From a virus (taxonomy: Duplodnaviria; Caudoviricetes), in IMG/VR virus record IMGVR_UViG_3300037467_001510, positions 1 through 35,429 of that record: a stretch of DNA of 35,429 nucleotides; one strand, written 5' to 3'. Both the position numbers and the translations under genes were made by a program. This document shows, one piece after another, positions 7,545 to 17,197 of the stretch. Below the pieces are notes generated by a model, which saw nothing but the letters and a program-made list of their open reading frames with translations, was not told the origin of the DNA and ran no database searches. The number at the start of each line of letters is the position of its first letter. The first letter of the stretch is position 1.

Positions 7545-7733
7545 TTATGTCGTTGGAGAGAGCGGCGCAGCGCCGTTTATATGCCGACGCGGATGTTCGA
7601 GTGGCGGAGGCGGAGGCACTGGCACCATCGGGAAGCAGACCTGCACCTGGGCGCGGCCTATGTCGGGCCGCATCGGAACCGGCTGAGCGCCAGTGACCGA
7701 CATTGCGGCCACGACGAGGAGGCTATGTCGCAT
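7545..7733 (-). CDS. Small Pro-rich possibly secreted protein
   Basis: Fills the gap in the lysis cassette; hydrophobic N-terminus. Confidence 0.35.
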   Translation of the reverse strand: MRHSLLVVAAMSVTGAQPVPMRPDIGRAQVQVCFPMVPVPPPPPLEHPRRHINGAAPLSPTT

Positions 7734-7736
7734 CCG

Positions 7737-7985
7737 TCAGCTCCCCGCCTGCCGGTCCTTGAACATGTAGATGACGGCGGCGGTGAGAACCCCGGCAAGC
7801 CCGCCGCCGAGGCCGGTAGGGCCGAGGTCGATTGGCTGGCGCAGGTGCATGTTCCACGCGGTCGCCCAAAGCAGCGAGCAGAGACACAGGAACGCGGCCA
7901 CCCGGCCATGGTCGAGATGATTGTTGCCGACGCCGTAGAACAAATCCTTGAGGCGATCACAGATCCACGCGAAGGCTTTCAGCAT
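7737..7985 (-). CDS. Two-TM membrane protein, holin/antiholin candidate
   Basis: Hydrophobic segments VAAFLCLCSLLWATAW and LGGGLAGVLTAAVIYMF; start MLKAF overlaps the endolysin end. Confidence 0.6.
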   Translation of the reverse strand: MLKAFAWICDRLKDLFYGVGNNHLDHGRVAAFLCLCSLLWATAWNMHLRQPIDLGPTGLGGGLAGVLTAAVIYMFKDRQAGS

Positions 7986-8515
7986 GGCAGCACTTCCTTT
8001 GCCCGCTTCAGGCACGCTTCGCGGTCAGCGAGGCCGATAAGCCCGCCGTTAATGGCCCGCGTGACCCGGATTATATCGTCGGCATCCGCAGCCGCGTTGA
8101 TGTTGTGCGTTTGCCAATAAAGGCACGCGATGCGAACCGAGATGACGGGATCGGCGGCCAGCTCCGGTTCCACTTCGAGGGGAAGCCCGAGCGCCTTGCC
8201 GACGCGGGCATAATTGTCGCGCCCGGTCAGCTCGAATATGCCTCTGCCGCGATACATGTAGCCGTCGCCGGGGCGGACATTCCCGAGGTCTTTGCGCCCC
8301 TCATATCGCCGCTGCTGCGGCGTCGGCCCCCATATTTCCTTGAGGAACCTGAACTCTTCCGTTTCGTGGCACGCCTGCGCGATGAAATGCGCCAGTCGGA
8401 GCGGCGTGTTGATCGCATATTGCGGACAGTATGTATCGAGGCCGTGCGCTATGCCGTCCCCGACAACTCCCGTATTTCTGGCAGCAATGTGATCGAGCAG
8501 CGCCCGAGTGTTCAC
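7979..8515 (-). CDS. Glycoside hydrolase family 19 endolysin
   Basis: LAHFIAQACHET, YRGRGIFELTGRDNY and VTRAINGG motifs. Confidence 0.92.
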   Translation of the reverse strand: MNTRALLDHIAARNTGVVGDGIAHGLDTYCPQYAINTPLRLAHFIAQACHETEEFRFLKEIWGPTPQQRRYEGRKDLGNVRPGDGYMYRGRGIFELTGRDNYARVGKALGLPLEVEPELAADPVISVRIACLYWQTHNINAAADADDIIRVTRAINGGLIGLADREACLKRAKEVLPC

Positions 8516-8661
8516 TTCGGCGCGGCTTTGTCGAGCCGGTCCACCCCTTCGGGCGGGATCGGCCCAGCTGCGTAGCCGCCATATAGCGCCGCGAGAGTGC
8601 GCTCCATCGCAGCCTTGCGTTCGCGGTAGCCTTCGTTCGGAAGGCCGCGAACGCGCTTCAA
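8512..8661 (-). CDS. Small hypothetical protein (49 aa)
   Basis: TTG start overlaps the upstream TGA; its stop overlaps the endolysin GTG. Confidence 0.4.
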   Translation of the reverse strand: MKRVRGLPNEGYRERKAAMERTLAALYGGYAAGPIPPEGVDRLDKAAPK

Positions 8662-8819
8662 CTCCCGGCCCTCCATTGGCGCAGCAGGATCATCACCCGC
8701 AGCACGAGGATCGCTATGGTGAGGGCCGTGATGATTGCCGCAGCCCCGTGTGTCAGGACGTATCCCACCCATGCGAGCAGCGCGCCGTCGCCCGCGAGAA
8801 CCTTGGGAGATTCGAGCAT
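8658..8819 (-). CDS. Small hydrophobic holin candidate (53 aa; not in the ORF track)
   Basis: MLESPKVLAGDGALLAWVGYVLTHGAAAIITALTIAILVLRVMILLRQWRAGS; GAGGAG SD; basic C-terminus; first gene of the lysis cassette. Confidence 0.6.
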   Translation of the reverse strand: MLESPKVLAGDGALLAWVGYVLTHGAAAIITALTIAILVLRVMILLRQWRAGS

Positions 8820-9080
8820 CACAACGCGCACTCCTCGGACATGGCGGTTCCCCCCGCGAAGCTGTCAGAAATGGCGCGGTGAGCCGAGCGCATCACCGCT
8901 CGAAACCGGATCGCGCCACACATTGCGGCGCACTGGCACAGACTGCGGCAGGATCGGCACCCTTGCCTTGATGGCGTCCATTAAGGTCCGAGCATCGCGC
9001 AGGTTCGGATCGGGCGGCGTGCCGACGCAATCCTGAAGCCGGGAGGAAGTGGAGGGAACGCCATTTAATTCAGCGGTGCG

Positions 9081-12029
9081 CTACGCGGACGCGGACTTGA
9101 TGACCGCAAATCCCAAAACTACCGCCTCGGAGAGCGATCCGGCGCTGATGTTCTGAAGGATAATCGTGCGGCTGCCGGATGCGTTGCCCTCGGCCCATGC
9201 GCGATATGTAGCAGGAGTAGCGAAGCCCGATTTCACACGAACGATAACCTCATCGTCCGGCGCTATCGTGGTGTTGGTGAGGGTGAACGATACGACCGCA
9301 TTGGCGGCAAGAGCGGCGGCGTTCAGCGTGATCGCTCCGCAGATTTTGCTCAGCGTGACGCCAGTGGCTTTGCTGGTCAGCTGGGTAACAGTTCCCCCCG
9401 CTCCGGTGATATAGCCAATGCCAACCTTGTTCTGGCCGCTGTAGATGGGATCCGATGTGAACCCACCGGTGGAGTTCATCATCCAGCCAAGGATTGCCGT
9501 AGTCGTTCCGGTCCCGGTGTAGGCGTTGTTGAGGAGAAGATCGCCCTTGGCATAGACGCCCGAGGCGGGCGCTGCAGCAGCTGTGTTTAGCAACCGAGCC
9601 GTTGTGCCGTTGCTGCCGACGCGGAAGTTGCTGCTCCAAAGACAATGCGGGACAGCGGCTCCCGTCCCGAACTGCTGGGCCGTGAGCGGGCCGGTGATGT
9701 TATACGCGACGAGCGTTGCGTTATTCTGGTAGTTCCACTGAATATCCGCTCCGGTGCAGACAAGCCTCCATACGTTCGGCGCATTGACCGAGGCCTGCGC
9801 GTAGAGGATTGTTTTGACGGTCGGAGCGGTGCTTCTTTCTCCGAGCTGGGCAGAGAATGTTTCGTCCGATCCGTTGTAGGCATTAGCCGAGACAGCCTGA
9901 TTTGACGTTAGGCCATTACCCACGGATGACAGGTTTACGCCAACGCTGCCCTTCCACACGCCGCCGCCAGTGCTGACATTCCCGCCGATCATCATTGTGC
10001 GGGGTGCCAGCTGGCACAGCCCTTCATTGTATTCCATGTAACAACCAAGGAACACTGACGCGGCGTTCAAATTGTCCGTTCGGTAAGCACCGCCAGAGCG
10101 AATGAGAATACCGCTCACCCAAGCAGGAACTCCGGTCGTAGGCGCGCCCACCCCGTAATAAGCCCACCAGTTGTTATCTGCGGTTGTGCCGGACGGAGCG
10201 TTATACTTGCCGGTGCCGTCAATGCTCCACGCGGAGATGGTCCCCGAGCCTCCAATCGTCGTCGCGTTGATAACAAGCGTCGTGCCGGAGTAGCTGGTGA
10301 CGGTTCCCTGCACGAAGTTAGCCGGGGTTCCCGTCTGATAAATCATTACGTTCTGACCGGCGATGAACTTCTTGCCCGAACTTACGGTGAAGGTGAGCGC
10401 TCCGGTTGCGATTGTGTTGCTCGTGGACGAAATGTCGGTGTATTGTGCCTGCTGCGGTTCAATCGCGTCGGCTATGGCGAAATACTTGTTGCCGGAATAG
10501 CTCACCATTGACGCGGGAATTAGGACGCCGTTGGTTTCCAGCTGAACGCCGCTGCCGTTCGTGTGATGCGCGACGTGCGTATTTCCGAGGAAGCCGCTGT
10601 CCCACAGGCCCCACTGTCGCAGGTGGAGAAAGTCCAGGCCAACCGTGTAGATGATATTTGCGTCTGCGCCGTTGAGGTAGACGCCATTGCGACAGAAGCG
10701 GATCGAGCAGCGCTCTAGTTTGGTGAGCGATGACTGGCCCTCCGTTGCGCCGCCAGAACCGGCGCTCGTGTCGGCAAAGATGCCGTCGCCGCCGAAGTAT
10801 TCGATGAAGCAATCGCGAACGACCGCCTGGCCGCGAAGATGGATGCCGTGCGACTCGCTTTCAGCGTTGCCGCTAACCCACCCACCGTGAAGGCAGATCT
10901 TCTCGATGAGCGTTCCGTCGCCGGTCGGAACCGTCGAGGGGTCCGAGTTAGTGCCAGTTTCCCCTACTGTTTTGTAGAAGGCAACGACTATGCCAGTGCT
11001 ATTGTCGTCCCACCGGAGAATGGACGTGGGCGAGCCCGCAAGGCCCATGCCTTCGCCGTAAAGGCGCATGGTGCAGTGAATTTCGAGGAAATTGGCACCC
11101 ATGTAGTAGATACCGGGCGGAACGTAGAGGCTGGGCGCGCCTCCACCGCCGTAACCGAAGCCAGATACCGTCCGAATGGCCTTGAGGAACGCGACCGCCG
11201 CAACGAAAGCAGCGTTGTCGTTCGTGACATTATCGCCCTTGGCTCCGAACCATTTGACGTTGTGAAAGTCGCCAACGACGCGGACCCACGCACCCGAAGC
11301 GCCGGTCGTGTCGGAGGACGGGGCGACGTAAACGCCCTGATTCGTGTCTGCCGTGACTTGGGTGCTGAGATTGGCACTCTGAAATATGAACATCCCTTCA
11401 CGCCCGGTCTCGGTGAGATAGGCAGGGAGTGTCGTGGAAAGGCCGGCAAGGATCGCCCGCGTTGAAGCCTTCACCGTTGCGTTGTTAAGCGATCCCGGCG
11501 CGATTGCCGCAGCGATTGCGTTGTAGGACTCGCCGGTCGCAGTCCGATCCAAGCCGGTCTGAACCCGGTCAGCGGCAGTGGCTTCTGCATCAGCGTCGGC
11601 CTGCACCCGGTCTGCGGCCACGGCGGTTCGATCCGCCGCCGTCGCGGCAGCATCGTCCGCCGCATCGCCAGCCGAACCCGCAGCCGCGACAGCCGAGGCC
11701 GAACAACTGTCGGCATAGGGCTGGAGGGCGCTGGCAGACGGCGCGGTTCCCGGAACGAGCGGGTCAATCGGATCGCCGATGGGCGCGCCCTGCTTGTCAG
11801 TGGTCACAACGCGATAGATTTTCGTGTTGTCGAGGTAGATCGTGGGGAAGCGCCCCGCACCGTCCGCGACGACCGGGTTAGGATGCTCCTCATCGAGCGC
11901 GGCGGTCGTGTAGATCGGCAGCGGCGTCGTCGTGCCGGTCTGGTAAAAATAAGCCTTCGCCTGAGGCGCGGCGACACCGTTGGGGTTAGCCACAACCGGA
12001 TAAGGCAGGAAGAACAGCGCGGCGCTCAA
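9081..12029 (-). CDS. Tailspike/tail fibre with pectate-lyase-like beta-helix (putative depolymerase)
   Basis: N-terminal particle-binding region (YFYQTGTTTP...NPVVADGAGRF), AADR repeats, VKWFGAKGDNVTND..AF and LYVPPGIY beta-helix start. Confidence 0.85.
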   Translation of the reverse strand: MSAALFFLPYPVVANPNGVAAPQAKAYFYQTGTTTPLPIYTTAALDEEHPNPVVADGAGRFPTIYLDNTKIYRVVTTDKQGAPIGDPIDPLVPGTAPSASALQPYADSCSASAVAAAGSAGDAADDAAATAADRTAVAADRVQADADAEATAADRVQTGLDRTATGESYNAIAAAIAPGSLNNATVKASTRAILAGLSTTLPAYLTETGREGMFIFQSANLSTQVTADTNQGVYVAPSSDTTGASGAWVRVVGDFHNVKWFGAKGDNVTNDNAAFVAAVAFLKAIRTVSGFGYGGGGAPSLYVPPGIYYMGANFLEIHCTMRLYGEGMGLAGSPTSILRWDDNSTGIVVAFYKTVGETGTNSDPSTVPTGDGTLIEKICLHGGWVSGNAESESHGIHLRGQAVVRDCFIEYFGGDGIFADTSAGSGGATEGQSSLTKLERCSIRFCRNGVYLNGADANIIYTVGLDFLHLRQWGLWDSGFLGNTHVAHHTNGSGVQLETNGVLIPASMVSYSGNKYFAIADAIEPQQAQYTDISSTSNTIATGALTFTVSSGKKFIAGQNVMIYQTGTPANFVQGTVTSYSGTTLVINATTIGGSGTISAWSIDGTGKYNAPSGTTADNNWWAYYGVGAPTTGVPAWVSGILIRSGGAYRTDNLNAASVFLGCYMEYNEGLCQLAPRTMMIGGNVSTGGGVWKGSVGVNLSSVGNGLTSNQAVSANAYNGSDETFSAQLGERSTAPTVKTILYAQASVNAPNVWRLVCTGADIQWNYQNNATLVAYNITGPLTAQQFGTGAAVPHCLWSSNFRVGSNGTTARLLNTAAAAPASGVYAKGDLLLNNAYTGTGTTTAILGWMMNSTGGFTSDPIYSGQNKVGIGYITGAGGTVTQLTSKATGVTLSKICGAITLNAAALAANAVVSFTLTNTTIAPDDEVIVRVKSGFATPATYRAWAEGNASGSRTIILQNISAGSLSEAVVLGFAVIKSASA

Positions 12030-12040
12030 AGGCTTTCTCC

Positions 12041-12066
12041 AAAGAAAAAGCCGCCCGAAGGCGGCT
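12041..12066 (-). terminator. Intrinsic terminator
   Basis: AGCCGCC-TTCG-GGCGGCT followed by TTTTCTTT on the minus strand. Confidence 0.8.
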
Positions 12067-12091
12067 CCTGATTTATCAGTCGGTCAGGCAG

Positions 12092-15000
12092 CTATTGGTC
12101 GGCGGGCACTAGGCCGAGCGACACCCGGGCATCTTCGCGAGCCTGGTCCTTCGCGTCGTTGATTGCCGCCTTGCGGTCGTCCCCCGACATTGTGCGAAAG
12201 TCCGGCCCGCTAACTACGTCCTGAATGTAGAACCTGGTCAGCCGCCCCGCGAGCTGCTGATATTGGTCATATTGCTTGTCGTTCAGCTTGACGCCGCCGA
12301 CATTGCGATTGATCGGACCTATAGTCACGCCGCTGTCCGCGATGGCCTTCAGGACCGGGTCGCTCTTATGCTGCGAGGTGTAAACTGGATTGAAGAAGTC
12401 CCCGACGCCGCTGCCCGTGGTGCCGCGAACAATCGGCTCCCCGAACATATCGCGTCGGGGCATCAGGGTTTCCGAAGCGAAGGGAATGCGCGACTTCACC
12501 GTGTCGATCGTGCCCTGGAGCAGATCGTCCGAGGTCGCCCGCTGAACGGGATCAATGGCTCGCGCCGCCTGACCGACAGGAGCAGGGATCCACGCCGCGA
12601 TGAAATGCTGGAGATAGCGCTCGCCCGAACCGGGCTGCCCCTTCGCCATTTCGTCTAGCGCTGTCGTCAGGTCAGTGACACCCTGGAGCCATGTTTTGCT
12701 GCCGAGGTTGTGAATGATTGAGCCGACTACGAGGGCTGGCAGCTGGTCACGCTGCGTTGGCGTCAGCCGCCCGTTAGTTTTGTCCACCACATCGGCCACC
12801 GTGCCGATGATGGTGGCGAACGGATCAATGCGGGAATAGCTGTAGTAGCGATTGCCGACCTTGAATGAGTAAGGCTGCCAGCCCTGCTGCATCAGCAGCC
12901 GCCGAGCGTTCGGATCAGCGGGACCGTTGCCCGTGATAGTCCCGTCTGCCGCAGCCTTTGCGATGTAGGTTGCAAAGGCTGTCCCGAACAGCGCCTTGCC
13001 GATAGCCGCATCGCGCTGTCCGTCGCCAGCCCGAACCTCGGCCCAGAACCACTTCGGCATTGCCAGCGCCAGCGGCGAATGCTCCGCCGCCGTCTTGAAG
13101 ATATTCATGGGCGTGCGGACGAACGGGATGAACGGCCACAGTCCCGCCGAAGAAGCCGACTGAATGTGCTTGCTCAGCCTGCCGAGGTCGGACTGAAAGG
13201 TGAGATAGCGCGCATAGTCCTGCGACTTGGCGAACATCTCATCGGTCGGATTGGTCACCAGCTCGGCAATGCGCTGCGTTGCGGCATCGCCGGTCAGGCC
13301 CGCATTGCGGACTTCACGGACAGCGAGTCCATTGAGGGCCATTTTGCGCGCGAACGCCTTGAAAAAGTCGTCCTCGGCCGCGAGCAGACGACCGGGATAG
13401 CTGATGACCGTCCCGAACTTGCCGCCGAAGGCTTGGCGGACGCCGCCAATTTCCTTCGTCATGCCGTCAGCCGACTGCCCCGACCGCATCGTCCGCATGA
13501 ACGTCTGAAGGGCGTTGGGCCATTCGGAGATCAGCGCCGAGGCCCGAGCGTTCGCTTCGCTGAGCGTGAACCTTCCAACCTGCTTCCCGAGCAGCTTTGC
13601 CCCGGCTGCCGTCGCGGCCCCGACGCCTACCGCCGAATAGTCCCCCGCGACCGCCAGCCCAAGGCGACCCATATTGCCGAGCGTGTTGACGAAATGCGTG
13701 ACCGGATTGCTGAGCAGTGCAAAGTAGTAGAGCGCCCTGATCTTGTCGCGCCAGGTCGGCTTGAGGGCATCCCGGACAAAGGTGTTCAGCTTGGCCGGAT
13801 CATGCGCAAGGTCGCCCACCATCCCGGCCAGCTCATCGACCGTAGCTCCGCTGTCGAGCCGCTTCACCGCCGCAGCAATGGCGCGCGAGTCCGATAGTCC
13901 AGCTTTCGAGACCTTGCGGAGAATGTTGAGAGCGCGACCAGCCTCAGCCCGAACTGCCGACGCCTGTTCCGCAATGGCCGAGTGAAGCAGGAAGGCGCGG
14001 ACAAAATCCGCCTTCTCCGGTTCGCCGCCGTTGATTGCGGCATCGCGCGCTTTCACCAGCCGCGCCGCCGACGCATCGAGCAGCCGGTTGGCTCCCTCGA
14101 TATGCTCCGCGTTGAACGCTTCCCCCTGAGCGCGGGCGAGCAGTGTTTCGGGCGTCATCCCGAGCTTGCTTGCCAGCTCTTCAGTTTGGCTCCAGCCCTG
14201 TATGCCGCGCCGCGCCTGATCGAAACCGCCGAACGTGTCGGCGGTGAACTTCATCGCAGCGCGAATGTCGGAGCCTTTAACCCCATTCGCGGATGCGAGC
14301 TTGTCCAGCGTGATATTCGCCGCCTGGACCGCCCGGGCGTTCGCTTCCTCATAGGCCGCAGGAGGAGGCGCGTTCGCGGCCTGATCCTCCATCGTGGCGG
14401 GCGCGCCACGGCGCTCGGCAAGCGGCTGCCCCACCGCCTGCGCCTCTTCGATCCTGCCGCGATCCGATTGCGCCGCGTGGAAATTGGAAACTTCCGGCCA
14501 ATCCTCAGGGACGAAATAGCGCTGAGCGCCGGTGCTTTCGGCGCGCAGCTTGCCAATCAGATCGTCCGGCGTCGGACGGGTGCGGAACTCGGGGAAATAG
14601 CCTTCGTGCCAAAGCCTGAGTGTCGCGTCATCGAGCGACATTCCGTTGGCGTTGTTGACGAGTTTACCAAGAAACTGTTCGTTCGAGCCAAACGGCATCC
14701 GGCGCGGCGAATTGTCGATTCCGAGCGAGGCGAGATTGCCGCCGTCATCCTTGACGCCGCCCATGAGCCGAAGCGACTGCGTAATGTCGAGCGGGCCGCG
14801 CACCCGGACCTTGCCGCCGCTCGGTGTCGTGACGGTGCGAACGCCGAGTTGCTGGAACTCGTCCGGGGCCTGCAAGTCCTCAATGCTGCCGGGATTCGCC
14901 CTCTTGGCCTCCTCCAGCGTCTGAACCGAATTTTCCGGGCGCGGCAGCAAATCCTCAGGCCGGACATTCTGACCCCCGACAACGATATGGTCAGGGATCG

Positions 15001-17197
15001 TCGCGCCGTCAGCAGCGGTTCCAGTGCCGTCAGGCGAGGCCGAGCCGCTGGAGATCGAGGGGGAAGGTGTTGCCGCCATTGCCGCCGAGCGCAGGGTTTC
15101 GGCTGGAGCCTCAACCGCCACCGGTTCCGAGTAGAGCGGGTGAGCGTATTGAATACCGCCCTGCGCCAGCGCGGCGGTCAGCGCGTCGGGCGCTTCCTCC
15201 GCCGCAGCGCCGTTACCGGGGCGATTGGCGATGATCGAGCGCAGCTCTTCAGTTGTTGGAGCCTGTCCGTCTGGATAATCCTTGCCGGTCAGGTCGCTGT
15301 AGAGCTGGCGGTTGAGCGCCGCCTCTTGAGGATCGAGCGGCGGCGCTTCCGCAGTTGCGGCATGGCCGCCGTTGACCGCCCGTAGCGTTTCCGGCGCGAT
15401 GTAGGGGCGCGGCCCTTCCGGGACCGGCACGCCGCCTGGAGGAACGTCGGGATTGTCGAGAGCGGCGTTGCGCGCGGCCATTTCAGCGGCGAACTCTTCC
15501 GGTAAGCCTGACTTCCCGCGCACGGCGCGAATGACCTTTGCGCCGCCAGCGATTAGCTCGGGCGCAACGAGGCCGAGCGTTCCGCCGACCGCCGCGCCCT
15601 CAAAGGCGTTCGGGAGCCGTTCAAGCGGCCCACCCTCGCCAGCGCCAGCGCCAGCGACAGCGCCCTCGCCTGTGCCGAGCGCGGCCAAGCGCCGCGCCAC
15701 CGCATCCTTCGCCGCCTGTTCCGCCGCATAGCGTGAAGCGCCCGAGGCCAGCGCCTCTTCAACCGCCCTCGCGCCCACACCCTCGACGCCGCCCACGGGG
15801 ATAGCCAACCCGGAGGCGAGCTGTCCGACCGTGCGGGCAACTGGATGAAACTCAGCGTCATGTTCGAGGATCGCCCGGTTTTGATCGACGTTGGTGCTGT
15901 AAATGTCCCCGAAGCGCGTTCCCTTCGGAGCATTCCAAATTGTTTCGCGCGGACCATCGCCGCCAATGCCGAGCGTGTCAGCGACTGCGCCGAACTCGTC
16001 CAGCACATTGATCGGATCGGCAACGCCGCGAAGGGTTGCCCCCGTTACGCCGTCGCCAGGGTTGATGAGCGGTCGAGGCGGCGTTTTCAGGTAGGTGATG
16101 GTCGGATCGAATTGACCATGCGCTGCATCGCGGTCAGCGATGAACTTCTTGGCGTCCTCCGGCCTGATCTGGAAGCCGTTTTGAGCAGCATAGGCCAGCA
16201 GCTCCTCGGGTGTTTTCGCCCGTGCCGCCATTTGCTGATAACCCTTGGCAATCTCAGGACGCAGGCCCGCAAACGGCGTCGGATCATCGAAGAAAATCGC
16301 CTCACTATCGGGCTGCCCATATGTCCCCGGAGTGCGGCCCAGCCACGGGCCGTCCTTGTGGCGGAATTGCTCGGGCGTTTCGGCGTTCGTCTGAAAGCCG
16401 CCCAAGTGATTCATCCGGGCTTGGCGCTCAGCGTCCATATACGGAATAAGCCGGTCGCTTCCATTGAGGTAGTCAGGCTCAGCCATGCCGTAGCCGCGCC
16501 GCAGTGCGCCATACGCAGGATCGTCAAACGGGTTGTTCGAGAGGGTGCTTACCGGGCGTCCGTAGCTTTGTGCGCCGGTCGGGTGAACCGCTTCGCCGGG
16601 ATAAATTTGCGACAGCAGATAGCCGTGCGCCTGTTGGCCGAGCGGCACCACTTGGCCACTGGAATCGCGGCCCTGCTGGGCGAGCTCGAAAGCATCATAG
16701 CCGAGTAAGCGGGCGTTTTTATTGTTAGTCAGCCGGATAGTGTCGCCGTCATGCGCCTGTCCAGTGGCGACAAGATCGCCGCCTTGCGCCGCAGGTGTGC
16801 TGGCCTTCCCCGGACTCTCCGCCGGAGCTTTTACCGTCTGAAACTCATCCCACGGATCGGCGCGCGTCGTGTCAGGCGCATCGTGCCAATCGGGAATGGC
16901 CACATGGACGTGCGTTCCGTTGTGGATTTGGACAACCGCGTTCGGACCGAACTGTTCACGCGCTGCCGCCTCAAGATCGCGCAGCGACTTGAAGCGGCCA
17001 CCGGGCACGAGATCGACAGCGTTGCCGTCCAAGTGCTGCGAATGCTCCGCAGGGGTGTAACCCTCACTGCGCAGCCGTTCGGTATCAGCGGGCGTCCGAT
17101 AGCCGTTTGTGACGACAGCGCCTTGTTCCTGAAGATTGGCGAGCGCGGCGGTCGGCGGAGCGACCGTCTGAAACTCACTCCAGGGATCGTCAGCCAT
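12092..17197 (-). CDS. Large multidomain ejection/internal virion protein with M15-like peptidase and SNase-like domains
   Basis: Last and largest gene of the ejection cluster; GYRT..HSQHLDGNAVD..HVHV; DGDT..RLLGYDAFE..YGR; C-terminal GWQPYSFKVG.RYYSYSRIDP region. Confidence 0.75.
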   Translation of the reverse strand: MADDPWSEFQTVAPPTAALANLQEQGAVVTNGYRTPADTERLRSEGYTPAEHSQHLDGNAVDLVPGGRFKSLRDLEAAAREQFGPNAVVQIHNGTHVHVAIPDWHDAPDTTRADPWDEFQTVKAPAESPGKASTPAAQGGDLVATGQAHDGDTIRLTNNKNARLLGYDAFELAQQGRDSSGQVVPLGQQAHGYLLSQIYPGEAVHPTGAQSYGRPVSTLSNNPFDDPAYGALRRGYGMAEPDYLNGSDRLIPYMDAERQARMNHLGGFQTNAETPEQFRHKDGPWLGRTPGTYGQPDSEAIFFDDPTPFAGLRPEIAKGYQQMAARAKTPEELLAYAAQNGFQIRPEDAKKFIADRDAAHGQFDPTITYLKTPPRPLINPGDGVTGATLRGVADPINVLDEFGAVADTLGIGGDGPRETIWNAPKGTRFGDIYSTNVDQNRAILEHDAEFHPVARTVGQLASGLAIPVGGVEGVGARAVEEALASGASRYAAEQAAKDAVARRLAALGTGEGAVAGAGAGEGGPLERLPNAFEGAAVGGTLGLVAPELIAGGAKVIRAVRGKSGLPEEFAAEMAARNAALDNPDVPPGGVPVPEGPRPYIAPETLRAVNGGHAATAEAPPLDPQEAALNRQLYSDLTGKDYPDGQAPTTEELRSIIANRPGNGAAAEEAPDALTAALAQGGIQYAHPLYSEPVAVEAPAETLRSAAMAATPSPSISSGSASPDGTGTAADGATIPDHIVVGGQNVRPEDLLPRPENSVQTLEEAKRANPGSIEDLQAPDEFQQLGVRTVTTPSGGKVRVRGPLDITQSLRLMGGVKDDGGNLASLGIDNSPRRMPFGSNEQFLGKLVNNANGMSLDDATLRLWHEGYFPEFRTRPTPDDLIGKLRAESTGAQRYFVPEDWPEVSNFHAAQSDRGRIEEAQAVGQPLAERRGAPATMEDQAANAPPPAAYEEANARAVQAANITLDKLASANGVKGSDIRAAMKFTADTFGGFDQARRGIQGWSQTEELASKLGMTPETLLARAQGEAFNAEHIEGANRLLDASAARLVKARDAAINGGEPEKADFVRAFLLHSAIAEQASAVRAEAGRALNILRKVSKAGLSDSRAIAAAVKRLDSGATVDELAGMVGDLAHDPAKLNTFVRDALKPTWRDKIRALYYFALLSNPVTHFVNTLGNMGRLGLAVAGDYSAVGVGAATAAGAKLLGKQVGRFTLSEANARASALISEWPNALQTFMRTMRSGQSADGMTKEIGGVRQAFGGKFGTVISYPGRLLAAEDDFFKAFARKMALNGLAVREVRNAGLTGDAATQRIAELVTNPTDEMFAKSQDYARYLTFQSDLGRLSKHIQSASSAGLWPFIPFVRTPMNIFKTAAEHSPLALAMPKWFWAEVRAGDGQRDAAIGKALFGTAFATYIAKAAADGTITGNGPADPNARRLLMQQGWQPYSFKVGNRYYSYSRIDPFATIIGTVADVVDKTNGRLTPTQRDQLPALVVGSIIHNLGSKTWLQGVTDLTTALDEMAKGQPGSGERYLQHFIAAWIPAPVGQAARAIDPVQRATSDDLLQGTIDTVKSRIPFASETLMPRRDMFGEPIVRGTTGSGVGDFFNPVYTSQHKSDPVLKAIADSGVTIGPINRNVGGVKLNDKQYDQYQQLAGRLTRFYIQDVVSGPDFRTMSGDDRKAAINDAKDQAREDARVSLGLVPADQ

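Noticed and set aside
8822-9080. Gene or ncRNA between tailspike and holin
   Set aside because: Only short ORFs (27-38 aa) without a clear SD, and no convincing structure; left unannotated.
9081-12029. Diversity-generating retroelement or invertible tail-fibre cassette
   Set aside because: No reverse transcriptase, no template/variable repeat pair and no flanking inverted sites were seen.
13079-16708. Long plus-strand ORFs (272, 467 and 287 aa), and similar ones at 24199..25401 and 27555..28484
   Set aside because: Antisense shadows of well-supported minus-strand genes, expected in high-GC DNA; no motifs.
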